From Mobula hypostoma (Eukaryota), in the NCBI RefSeq assembly GCF_963921235.1, contig NC_086097.1, positions 62,312,001 through 62,376,000 on the forward strand: a stretch of 64,000 nucleotides of DNA, given 5' to 3'. This document shows, one piece after another, positions 11,973 to 24,079 of this stretch (positions are counted from its first letter, which is position 1; each line of letters starts with the position of its first letter). The notes beneath the pieces were generated by a model. That model saw only the letters and a program-made list of their open reading frames with translations. It ran no database searches and had not been told where the DNA came from. The position numbers and the translations under genes are program-made.

Positions 11973-14448
11973 TATCTATGAACACCAACAGTCCAAGCAT
12001 TCCTCTTCCAGCCTAGAAGAAACTCATGCTGTACCCACTATGACCATGGAAAGTGTATTGATTTTCACTGTCAGCCCTGCTGCGATAATCATCATTGCTT
12101 TTGCTAAAATGCTGCAGAGAATGGACAGTTAACTGGACCCAATGTCTGTTTCTTATGTATTTAATGTATTAAAATGGTGTGTAGTACTACATAATGATGC
12201 ATCTTCCATGTCATTGAAAGAATTGATCTAATCAAGAATAACAGAAGTACATACTGTGCATTGATTTATAAGATGACAGGTAATACTAATCGAACATATT
12301 TTATTCAAAATATCTTTTCCACAGGCTTATCCTCCTATATGAAATTAAAATTCTGAAAAAATGATCTATTTCAATGTCACTTGATTGTAATTAGGATAGA
12401 AATGTCCTTGATCATATTCTCCGGCAGCAGATAAATTGCATAGATCCTCTTCCTGCAGCTGATGAACAATCCTGAATACCCCTGTCACAGTCCAATAAAT
12501 CATCATTGTGCTATGTAAAGGTGATCAAATATTAAAATTGGTAGTCAACTCTACTCTTAAAAAGGTGTTAAATTACTTTTCAGAGGGATGCTGAGAAATT
12601 ACCGTTCCATTTCATTCGGAAACATTACAGAAGCTTAGCAGATTCCCTGTCTTTTAACCAAGGTTCTGACCACTTTGCTGCTACAGAACGTTTAGTTCCA
12701 GCAGCAATGAAATGCTGTCTGTTTCATGCTCCAATTGCTTTCAATTAGGAAGAAACAGATGGTTTTATTATATTGAAGACAAGCTGTAGTTGGTAGGTAG
12801 CAGTAATAACAAAATGGCTTTGATGCTAATGTACTTTTAATCAGACTGAATGAAAATGAAAATGCAGGACTGGTCTTATAATCTCTTTGGCTGAATGATT
12901 CTTGGTCTTCTAAACAACACAAAGGAATAAAACAATTGGGGCAAAGTAGATTAAATGGATCCTTAAGCTTTCTTTACTATTCAATAAGATCATGAATGGT
13001 CCAATCTTGGTGTCAGCTCCAATGACCTGCCTATTCCCCATAACCCTTTTTGTTCTCTACAGACTAAACGTCTGTCTAGTTTGATTGTAAATTCATTAAA
13101 TGATTCTGCTTCCACAACTCTAAGGTGGCTTCACCTAAGCTTGGGAGGAGCTTAAAATGGGATCAAACAGACAACAATGTGTTGGCTGTACAATTTATCA
13201 TACCTGGAATTCCTTTAGCTTATCCAATGTCTCAATTTGAAATACATTTCCACATAACTAATATTACTTTTATGATTGCAATTGATTATAAATTGATTTT
13301 TCAGTGTTTGTATGTTCGTCATCTGGGATCATAGCCTGCTATGGAGTTCATACACTTGATAGTTAAAATATTGACTGTAGGACAAGCATGCAAGAAAATC
13401 AATAATTCCTATTTCAGCCAAATATACTTCCAACAGAAGAAGGGGATATATTTGTACTCTTGTGAAATACTGAATGACCAACTATAAATTGGTTATGAAT
13501 ATAATATCTAAGAAGTAGAGACCAACTTTTTAACTTCAAAAATAAAATTGCAATACAGTTTTTTGTCATTACTGCTAATCTTGGTGCAGAGATAAACTCC
13601 TGCCGCTACCAGTGATTCATTGTGTTGGAAACCTGCTATTTTACCTTCCAGCACAATTTACAACTGTGGCAATCTGCACATCTACATCAGAAAGATGCAA
13701 ATGACTGGAAGATAGATGTGAATCAAATGCAAATAATGCTGAGGACAGTTAAACGTGTGATGTATAGAGAATTGTTAAAATGTATTCAAAGGATGGCAGC
13801 TGTCATGCTTTGCAGAAACCATTTTCACATCATGAGCAGAAAATCTTTAAATATATCTTTAAAAAACACACCCCAAGGACAAATAGAATATTTCAAGGAT
13901 ATTTGCAAAAACAAGGTCCATGCTGGCTCACAGATTAATTGGGAAAGAATGATTGCATGAAACCTGAACTTACAACATTAATAGCATGAGTATCATTGAG
14001 AATCACTGAAAATCACAAAAGCCTCTGGTTGCAAAAGATGATAGTCAAGAATACAAATCAAAAAGATTTAGAAATTGATCAATAAAAATGTAAGAGCTAA
14101 ATTTGATAGCCTGTGAAAGCAACAAGCAGATTTTTCAATAATCATGCTGCCTTTGATTGTAAAGTAGACATCATACCAACCTTTAATTCTCTGCTCAGTT
14201 GATTTATTTTTGTGCCTGCCAGTATAATTTCTGCAGCTCATTGACTTGAGGTATCAGCAGTCCACTTTCAACACCAGTTAAGCCTAGCCTGCATCTCTTA
14301 AAGGGGAGCTGTGGCTGGAAACAGTGCTTGTAGAAACGTAAAAAGTAAATTTAGCCTGGGAGTCATTTAGGATGAGAAGAATATATATAAAAAAACAAGA
14401 AACTGTGCAAATACAAAAAGAAAGAAAAAAATAAACAAATTAATAAAT

Positions 14449-15128
14449 GAATCAGAATCAGGTTTAATATCACCAGCATGTGTTGTGAAATTTGTTAATT
14501 TTATGGCAGCACTACAATGCAATACATGATAATATAGGAAAAAATGGAATTACATTATATATATTACATAATCAGTTAAATTATATAATTAGTGCAAGAA
14601 CAGAAATAAAATAGTAGTGAGGTAGTGTTCATGGTTTCAATGTCCACTCAGAGATCAGACGGCAGAGAGGAAGAAGCTGTTCCTGAATCGCAGAGCGTGC
14701 CTTCAGGCTTCTGTACCTAACGGTAACAATGAGAAGAGGGCATGCTCTGGGTGGTGGATGTCCTTAATGATGGATGCCACCTTTTTGAGGCATTGCTCCT
14801 TGAAGATGACGTAGACACTACAGAGGCTAGTGCCTATGATGGAGCTGATTAATTTTAGAACTCTCTGCAGCCTCCTTTGATTCTGTGAAGTATCCATGCC
14901 CTCCCTCCCAGATGGTTACGCAACTTGTCAGAATGCTTTCCACGGTACATCTGTAGAAGTTTTCCAGTGTTTTAGGTGACTAACAAAAATTCCCTCAAAC
15001 TCCTAATGAAATATAGAAGTCTTGCCTTCTTTATAGTTGTGTCAATATGTTGGGACCTAGTTAGATCCTCAGAGACATTAACACATAGGAAATTGAAATT
15101 GCTCACTCTCTCTATTTCTGATCCCTCT
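14449..15128 (-). mobile_element. Rex1/Babar-type LINE 3' fragment inserted in another Rex-type tail (about 14400-15300)
   Basis: CLKKVASIIKDIHHPEHALFSLLP; GAATCA-repeat tail. Confidence 0.75.
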
Positions 15129-15918
15129 GTGAGCAATAAATATCTAGAACAAGAGCTGAAGAATCCTTGAAAGTGAGTTTATAAGTTATAGGAACTGTTC
15201 AGTGATGGGGCAAGTGTAGTTGAGTGAAGTTATCCCCTCTAGTTCGAGAGCCTGATAGTTGAGGGCTAATAACTCTTTCCGAAGCAGGTGGTATGAGTTC
15301 TATGTTAGATGGAAGAAATGTGGGAAGAAAGAGAGCAAGAGAGAGGGACAGAGATCCATTGTTTACAGACAGATGGGGCCTCAGTGGAGGAGAAAGGAAG
15401 CTTTATGTACCCTAGATCGAACAAAGGGCAGAAGACTTTCTAGATCTAGATGTCGGGTATATCAAATACACTGTAGAGATAAACACAACCTTAAAAATTA
15501 GGGGGCATTGTTCCAGGGATTACTAAGACCCTTAAGTATTAAAGTCACACAGTGCTCATTGCAGCAGACCATTTATGGTGATAGGACTTATTTCCCATCT
15601 CCATCAATCAAAATTTCTCGGTAATCTTCTTATATTCTGCTAGAGGACAACAACACTAATGAAGACACACTATTATTCATTTTATATTCACAGTCTCAAG
15701 GGAAATTTCTGATACCTTGCAGAAAGTACAGGAATATTTAGAGGTGGAATGAGTGTACATTGAAACACTAGTAATAAAAAAGTCTATAGCAGGTTCCCTT
15801 TTGGGTCAAGCTCCCCAGTATATGAAGTCACACAGAAGAGCCTTGGAAATGTCTCCACACAAGGAGCATGGAAATGACAGAGAGCACCGGTAGAGAAATG
15901 AAGCTCATGATCACAGGA

Positions 15919-16042
15919 GATTCTGCAGATGATGGAAATCCTGAGTCACACACACAAAATGCTGGAGGAAATCAACAGGTCAGGCGGCATCGATGGAGAG
16001 AAATACACAGTCAACATTTCAGGCCGAGACCCTGATCAGAAC
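15919..16042 (-). mobile_element. Older Penelope-derived 3' fragment with degenerate hammerhead
   Basis: Minus strand CTGATCAGGGTCTCGGCCTGAAATGTTGAC followed by the family's GCTGCC...CCAGCA...CTGCAGA tail. Confidence 0.65.
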
Positions 16043-17672
16043 ATATAGTCCATCATTTCTACTCTTCCAAAATAAAAGATAAATTTAGAGGAAGCACACT
16101 TCCTTGTCGTCATAAAGCTCAGTAATAACCATTCCAATAGAATTCAGCACACAACTACGATGTCCACTGCCCAGGCATTCCAGCGGTTTGTGCAGTGTAA
16201 TCCTGGATTCCTGTCTCAGCAATCTGTCCTATTCTGTTCACCAACGTTTCTCCGCCAGGAAGCACAGACTTTGATATCCGTGTAGAGCTGGTGCTGCTGA
16301 ATGTTGTCTCTGGATTCTCCTCTGGAAGCAGGGTATCACCGTGGGGTGAATCATCCTTGGAGAGTCTAGACAGAAAGAAGCTAGCAAAAGTGAATCCTCT
16401 CTGTCCCTTTCTCATCTTCATCTTGATCTTCCTCCTTGTGCTTCACAGCAATGCTCTGATTTGGGGGCAGATATTCAACACCACTACAAATCTTACCAAC
16501 TAGTCTACCAGGCCATGCAGAGTTCCTGTAGATGGGGCTAATAGTGACCCCCAGCACATTGCACAGACTGTATGACATGGTGGTGTACACAGTGTACTGT
16601 TGCTCATCTGTGCATCAAATGCAGAGAGAGCAAGGAATGATGTTAGCCCTCAATGCCCATTGCTGCTTCAGAATCAGAGAGTGTAGAAGGAAGACATCAT
16701 GATGCTGTTAAGGTGCCTCTCGATGACAGCTATCCCATTCTGCTTGAACAGTAAGGGATGGGTTTCTGTTGTGCTGAAATGTTCTCAGAATTGCCGTGTA
16801 CTGGTGGTAAAGCAATATGTATCCTGGTCAATAACCGGCTGGACTTCTGCAATTCTACTTCTGTCTAATAAGGGAGAGTGAAATGCTGTTTGCTTTCGTT
16901 GAACAGCAAGTGGCACTGCCACAAATGGAAACAACACTTTTGTTTCGCCAGCTACTGCTAGATTCAGCCTTGAGCATTAAGTCTGTGGGAAATGTTCATC
17001 AATCATGTGCTCCATGCCTTGTCGAGGTTTTGCACTTATGGCTGGAAGCAGTGGTAGGTTTCAATGTGGATATATTTTGTGAAGAACAAATGCCTCACAC
17101 TTTCTCTCTTACTGATCCAGCTTCCACACGAACATCATACATCTGCCCAGGATGATAAGTGAGACATTCTCCTAGGAGCAAACGTTCTTCGCCCTAACCC
17201 ATTCCATTTGCATCCAATGGTAGTATGTCAAGTTCTGCTCACCTCTGTTTATTTTCCCAGATGTCCTGTACTCTAAGGACATCAATCAATGCACTTTTGT
17301 CTATCAGGGAGAAACTGATTTATGCAGAAGCCCTGAAACCGTCCTTCAATATCAGCTACCCGCAGCAACTTAACTGGATGCTAGTATGTGTCTGTAGGAG
17401 TAATGAGCTCCAAACAAGTCCATTTCTATCAGCAGGGTTTAGATCTAATGTCCTAACGTGCTCGGTAACTTGTAGTTCAGCATTAAACATGTCAAAGTGC
17501 AAAGAGATCTACTTTATAGATAAACACTTCTGATCATCATTGATATTGCCTTAATTGTGCTGACCGCGTGAGTTTCCTCCGGGTGCTCCGGTTTCCTCCC
17601 ACAGTCTAAAGACGTACCAGTTGATAGGTTAACAGGTCCTTGTAAATTGTCCTGTGATTATGCTCAGATTAA

Positions 17673-18559
17673 TAAGCCTACTGACTCTCACAGCTATCTG
17701 GACTATTCCTCTTCTCACCCTGTCTCTTGCAAAAATGCCATCCCCTTCTCGCAATTCCTCCGTCTCCACCGCATTTGCTCTCAGGATGAGGCTTTTCATT
17801 CCAGGACGAGGGAGACGTCCTCCTTTTTTAAAGAAAGGGGCTTCCCTTCCTCCACCATCAACTCTGCTCTCAAACGCATCTCCCCCATTTCACGCACATC
17901 TACTCTCACTCCATCCTCCTGCCACCCCACTAGGAATAGGGTTCCCCTGGTCCTCACCTTCCACCCCACCAGACTCTGGTTCCAACATATTATCCTCTGT
18001 AACTTCCACCACCTCCAACGGGATCCCACCACTAAGCACATCTTTCCCTTCCCCCCCCCCCGCACTTGCCACAGGGATCGCTCCCTACGCGACTCCCTTG
18101 TCCATTCGTCCCCCTCCATCCCTCCCCACTGATCTCCCTCCTGGCACTTATACTTGTAAGCGGAACAAGTGCTACACATGCCCTTACACTTCCTCCCTTA
18201 CCACCATTCAGGGCCCCAGACAGTCCTTCCAGGTGAGGCAACACTTCACCTATGAGTCAGCTGGGGTGATATACTGCATCCGGTGCTCCCGATGTGGCCT
18301 TCTATATATTGGCGAGACCCGATACAGACTGGGAGATCGTTTTTCTGAACACCTATGCTCTGTCCGCCAGAGAAAGCAGGATCTCCCAGTAGCCACACAT
18401 TTTAATTCCACGTCCCATTCCCATTCTGATATGTCTATCAACAGCCTCCTCCACTGTAAAGATGAAGCCACACTCAGGTTGGAGGAACATCACCTTATAT
18501 TCCGTCTGGGTAGCCTCCAACCTGATGGCATGAACATTGACTTCTCAAACTTCCGCTAA
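17673..18559 (+). pseudogene. Penelope RT C-terminus and GIY-YIG endonuclease, frameshifted
   Basis: One frame reads KPTDSHSYLDYSSSHP...IPFSQFLRLHRICS; the other reads CKRNKCYTC...VIYCIRCSRCGLLYIGET...RFSEH...PDGMN; the frame changes near 18110-18130. Confidence 0.93.
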
Positions 18560-18854
18560 TACCCCACCTCCCCCCGTACCCCCATCCGTTATTTATTTAT
18601 ATACACACATTCTTTCTCTCTCTCTCCTTTTTCTCCCTCTGTCCCTCTCACTATACCCCTTGCCCATCCTCTGGGTTTACCCCCCCCTTTTCCTTTTCCC
18701 TTGGCATTCCTGTCCCATGATCCTCTCGTATCCCTTTTGCCAATCACCTGTCCAGCTCTTGGCTCCATCCCTCCCCCTCCTGTCTTCTCCTATCGTTTTG
18801 GATCTCCCCCTCCCCCTCCCACTTTCAAATCTCTTACTCGCCCTTCCTTCAGTT

Positions 18855-18890
18855 AGTCCTGACGAAGGGTCTCGGCCCGAAACGTCGACT
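18855..18890 (+). ncRNA. Minimal type-I hammerhead ribozyme
   Basis: AGTC-CTGACGA-A-GGGT(CTCG)GCCC-GAAA-CGTC-GACT. Confidence 0.88.
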
Positions 18891-19390
18891 GTACCTCTTC
18901 CTAAAGATGCTGCCTGGCCTGCTGTGTTCACCAGCAACTTTCTTGTGTGATGCTCAGATTAAACTGGGGGCTACTGGGTGGCATGACTCGAAGGGCCAGA
19001 AAGGCCTATTCCGCTCTATGTCTCAATCAATCAATCAATCAAACAACAAAAAAGCAAATAAAAGATGTGTGCTGAAGTACTATGATCAGAGACACAGAGA
19101 GTATTGAAAAACAACCCAAAGAATATTTAGTAAGTTTCAGACTATTAAGATTTCTTCGTGGCTAACTGCATTTAATGTGTCATCATTACTACAGGTGAAT
19201 AGGCAAACTATTTCACACAAGCTTCTATTATACTATTATCAAATAATTTTCAGATTTAGAAATTGTAGAAATTGTGGCAGTTGCAGTAAGGTAAGGGTAA
19301 ATTCCAGCTAGAGTACAGGCAACCCAGGCAAGAAAGGTCTTTGAAGAGCATAGCTTCACCATGCATAGCAGGTTACTGGAGCCATTTTGC

Positions 19391-22300
19391 ATAAGACCAT
19401 AAGACATAGCAGCAGAATTAGGCCATTTTTCCCATTGAGACTGCTCTGCCATTTAATCACGGCTGATCTTTTTTTCCCCTCCTCAGCCCCACTCCCCGGC
19501 CTTCTCCCTGTAAACTTTGATGCCGTGTACAATCAGGAACCTATCAAGCTCTGCCTTAAATAAACCCAACGACCTGGCTTCCACAGCTGACTGTGGTAAT
19601 AAATTCCACAAATTCACCACACTCTGGCTAAAGAAATGTTTCCATATCTCTGTTTGAAATGGATACCCCTCTATCCTGAGGCTGTGCTATCTTGTCTTAG
19701 ACTTCTCCAGCATGGGAAACATTCTTTCCACATCTACTCTCTCTCTGCTTTTCAACATTCAAGAGGTTTCAATGAGATCCCCCCTCATCCTTCTGAATTC
19801 CAGCGAGTACAGACCCAGAGTTATCAAACGTTCCTCGTATGATAATCCTTTCATTCCCGGAATTATCCTTGTTAACCTCCTCTGAATCTTCTCCAAAGCC
19901 AGCACACTTTTTCTTAAATGAGGAGCCCAGAACTGTTCATAATATGCAAGGTGAGGCCTCGCCAGTGCCTTATAAAGCCTCAGCAACACAATTCTGCTCT
20001 TGTATTCAAGACCTCTTGAAATGAATGCTAACATTGCATTTGCCTTCCTCACCACCGACTCGACCTGCAAGTTAACCATTAGGGTGTTCAGCGCAAGGAC
20101 TCCCAAGTCCCTTTGCATCTCAGATTTTTGGATTTTCTCCCCATTTAGTAAATATCCTGCACATTTATTTCTTCTACCAACATGCATGGCCATGCATTTT
20201 CCAGTGTTGTATTTCATTTGCCACTTTCTTGCCCATTCTCCTAATCTATCTAAGTCCTTCTGCAACCTATATTTCCTCAAAACTACCTGCCCCTCCATCA
20301 ATCTTCATATCATCTGCAAACTTGACAACAAAGCCATCTATTCCATCATCTAAATCATAGATATACAGCATAAACAGAAGCGGTCCCAACACCAACCCCT
20401 GTGGAAAATCACTATCCTCAGCCAACCAGAAAAGAATCATTTTATTCCCACTCACTGCCTCCTAGCAATAAGCCAATGCTCTAACTATGTTAGTAATTTT
20501 CTTGTAATACCATGGGTTCTTAACTTGTTAAGCAGCCTCATGTGTGGCTTCTTGTCAAAGGGCTTCTGAAAGTCCAAATATACAACATCAATTGCATCCC
20601 CTTGTAACCTCCTCGAAGAATTCCTTAGGGAAACCATGCTAACTATCTTTTCCTGTGTCACCAAGTACTCCATAACCTCATGTTTAGCAATTGATTCAAC
20701 ACCTTCCTAACCACTGAGGTCAGGCTAGCTGCTCTATAATTTTCTTTCTGCTGCCTTCCTCCTTTCTTAAAAAGTGGAGTGACATTTCTAATTTCCCAGT
20801 CCTCTGGCACCATGCCAGGGTCCAATGATTTTTGAAAGATCATTACAAATGCCTCCACATTCTCTACCTCTACCTCTTTCAGAACCCTAGGGTGCAGTTC
20901 ATCTGGTCCAGGTGACTTATCTACACTTAGGTCTTTCAGCTCTTTGAGCATCTTCTCCCTTATAATAGCAAATTCACTCACTTCTCCTCCATCGCACCCT
21001 TTGACATCTGGCACACTGCTAGCATCTTCCACACTGAAGACCAATGCAAAATACTCATTTAGTTCATCTGTTATCTCCATGTCCCCTGTTATTATTTCTC
21101 CAGCCTCATTTTCTAACCATCCTATTTTCACTCTCATCTCTCTTATATCTTTTACATACTTGAAAGGTTCTTAATATCTACCTTGATATTGTTTGCTAGC
21201 TTGCTTTTATATTCATCTTTTCCCTCCGAATGATTCTTCTAATTGCTCTCTGTAAGTTTTTAAAAGCTTCCCAATCCTCTGTCTTACCAGCAATTTTTGC
21301 ATTGTTGTATGCCCTCTCTGTTGCTTTTACAGTAGTATTGATTTCCCTTGTCAGCCACGGTTGTACTACTTTGCCATTTGAGCATTCCTTTGTTTTTGGA
21401 GTACATCTGTCCAGCACCTTCTTCATTTTTCCCAAAACCTCATGCCATTGCTGCTCTGCTGCCAACCCTGTCACCACGTCTTTGGCCAACTCCTCTCTCA
21501 TACCACTGTAATTTCCTTTACTCCACTGAAATATTGCTACATAAGACTTTACTTTCTCCCAATCAAATTTCAAGTTGAACTCAATCATATTGCGATCATG
21601 CTCTCCTAAGGGTTCTTTTACTTTAAGCTCCCTAATTGCCTCTGGGTCATTACGTAACACCCTATCCAGTAAAGCTGAATCCCCAGTAAGCTCAATGACA
21701 AACTGCTCTAAAAAGCCATCTTGTAGGCATTCAACAAACTTACTCTCTTGAGATCCACTACCAACCCGATTTTCCCAATTCAAAATCTCACATGACTATC
21801 ATAACATTGCCCTTTTGACATGCCTTTTCTATTTCCCATTGTAATCTGTGGTCCGCATCCCAGCTACTGTTGGGAGGCCTGTATATAATTGCCATCAGGG
21901 TCCTTTTACCGTTGCAGTTTCTTAATTCAACCCACAAGGATTCAATATCTTTCTAAGTCACATCTTTCTACTGATCTGATGCCATTCTTTATGAGCAGAG
22001 ACATGCCATCCCCTCTGCCTACCTTCCTATCTCTTGGACCTTGGGACCTTGGACATTAGGTAACGCGTACCTTCGACATTAAGCACCCATCTACAACCAC
22101 CCTTCAGCCATGATTCAGTGATGGCCACATCATGATACCTGGCAATCTGTAATAGTGCAACATGATCATTCACCTTATTTCTTATACTCTGTGCATTGAG
22201 ATATAACACTTTTGAGTCCTGTGTTTGCTACCCTTTTTGATTCTACATTCCTAATGCACTGTTACTCACCCAACTAGTTGCAATCTTGTCTATCATCCAC

Positions 22301-22560
22301 CTGCCCTTCCTGACAGTCTGACTGCATGCAATCTTTGCTTTTTTACCATCCAACCTATCCTGAGTCCATTCACTCCAGTTCCCACTCCACTGCCAAATTA
22401 GTTTAAACCCTCCCCAACAGCTCTTACAAATCTGCCCATACAAATATCGGTCTCCCTCGGGTTCAGGTGCAGCCTGTCACTTTTGAACAGAAGAGTTCCC
22501 AATGATGCAAGAACCCGAAGCCCTGCCCACTGCACCACCTTCTCAGACACACATTTATCT
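19391..22560 (-). mobile_element. CR1 LINE, near-complete ORF2 (APE endonuclease and RT) plus ORF1 end, inactivated
   Basis: LYLNAQSIRNK, AITESWL, KSPGPDELHPRVLKE, YLDFQK, VKFADD; (CCATAAGA)n tail. Confidence 0.95.
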
Positions 22561-23389
22561 GCACACTGGAGATGAGGTAAGAATGTAATGGAAGGATGCA
22601 AAACACATACACCAAATAAGGGACAATTACTTTACAAATTTTGAAGTATCATCAGTTGATAGCTTGAAGTTTTAGCACCTGTATTGTGAACGGTGATTGA
22701 TCTTGCAAGTAAGGAATTCAAATGTATAGCTTAGCAAATGGTCAATATCTGTAAGTGCTAATCAATTCTGTATAAAAAATTGCATTTGTCTGTCCAGACT
22801 TCAAGAGTGCAGTGACAGGGGCCACACTGTTCTACTTGTGCACAAAAAGAACTGTGATTGAAAAATGAGTGTAAGTTTTCAGAGTCCAGGTAATCAGTAT
22901 GGACAAAGCAGGAAACACTAAGGCATTCAAGCCTATTAAATAACATTGCCTGCTGCAGGGCACTGGTCACAATGCTCGAAACGGTATGTGCACTCATTTA
23001 AAAGATGATTTCATTCCAGAGCTTCTTGAAAGTTGATCTGTTCCTCAGTCAAGCAGAGAATTTCTGCTTGGTTTCTGCTACATTAGGAGTTCAAAAGTTA
23101 TTAGTGAAATTTTGATTATGAGAGAGGTTGGTTAGAGATCATTTACATCAGAACTCCAGGTTTAAAAGGATTCTAGGGAGTGGTTCAATGTTTTTGCCAT
23201 AAGTGGTCACCTCCTAACTGTTGCTAGCATTGATAAAATTAGTGACAAAGAATGTCCAGGCATTTTGTTCTAGTAAGGCAGCTTGTCTGGATTAAAATTT
23301 CATGGTGAAGTATGGTTTTGGAAATAGAAAAGTCTGAATATCTTTAAATCGAGATTTCTGAAGGGTGGGAACAATTTGACCAGCATTTG

Positions 23390-23728
23390 CGAGGAGTGAG
23401 TGATAAGTTTGTGACCTAAGGTAGAAGGAGTCAATTTTAGACAACCTAGCACATTTATTTTTCAACATAGTCCCCTCCTACATTTACACACTTAGTTCAG
23501 CGGTTGTGGAGCAAACGGATCTTGAACCTTCAGAAAGTGCCCACAGCAGGGGTGATTGATAAGTTCATGGCCTAAGGGTCCTGACGAAGGGTCTCGGCCT
23601 GAAACGTCGACTGCACCTCTTCCTAGAGATGCTGCCTGGCCTGCTGCGTTCACCAGCAACTTTTATGTGTGTTGCTGTACAACTCATCTCCTTCTACCTT
23701 AGGCCACGATCTTATCAATCACCCCTCA
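23390..23728. mobile_element. Mariner-like MITE with ~40-bp TIRs, centre interrupted by a Penelope fragment
   Basis: GAGGRGTGAKTGATAAGTTTGTGRCCTAAGGTAGAAGGAG at the left end and its reverse complement at 23688-23728 followed by TA. Confidence 0.75.
23578..23676 (+). mobile_element. Penelope 3' fragment beginning at an intact hammerhead (23578-23611)
   Basis: GTC-CTGACGA-AGGGTCTCGGCCT-GAAA-CGTC-GAC followed by the family tail. Confidence 0.88.
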
Positions 23729-24079
23729 TATTATAGCTTTCTATTTTAACAGTTAATATGCTTGCTTCTAATTGCTTCCTACATGCTTTTCAAGTAACAA
23801 GTAAGGCAATCACTGGCAGAAATTCATGTGTTCCTCTTAAGGCTAGCTGAGACCCAGGTTCATGGATACTTTCACAGATTAATGTGGATATGAATGTCAT
23901 ATCGACAATCAGTTTGTGGCAAGCATTTTTCCCACTGAAGGGCAATGCAGAAATGAAAGTGAACCAGCACAGACCTATTACAGCAGTGGAAAACATCGAT
24001 ACAAGGAGCGAAATCAGCTATATTAGCAGTATGTCTACAGAAAAGGAAATGGAAGGTTTGATCAGGAAATAGAAGAAAG

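Larger units (their letters stand above)
17673..18949 (+). mobile_element. 5'-truncated Neptune-type Penelope-like element
   Basis: RT thumb, Cys-rich linker, GIY-YIG and 3' repeat; 13-bp TSD ATGCTCAGATTAA (17660-17672 and 18950-18962). Confidence 0.95.
17565..19043 (+). mobile_element. V-SINE fragment split by a Penelope insertion
   Basis: V-domain TTTCCTCCGGGTGCTCCGGTTTCCTCCCACAG at 17572-17603; CR1-like tail and (TCAA)n after 18962. Confidence 0.75.

Noticed and set aside
11701..12016. RE/RA- and LS/LA-rich ORFs
   Set aside because: Translation of the (CT/CG)n microsatellite inside the MITE.
12584..12750. Possible exon after TTTTCAG (RDAEKLPFHFIRKHYRSL...)
   Set aside because: No convincing donor and no recognisable protein similarity.
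13622..13960. 112-aa ORF in unique AT-rich DNA
   Set aside because: Non-ATG start, no motifs, and a length expected by chance.
17654..18559. 301-aa ORF as an intact stand-alone GIY-YIG nuclease gene
   Set aside because: Its N-terminal half is the off-frame reading of Penelope RT, and the start lies in the flanking SINE.
22798..22876. Possible plus-strand exon (TGTCCAG acceptor, GTAAGT donor)
   Set aside because: All three frames contain a stop and no partner exons were identified; a non-coding exon cannot be excluded.
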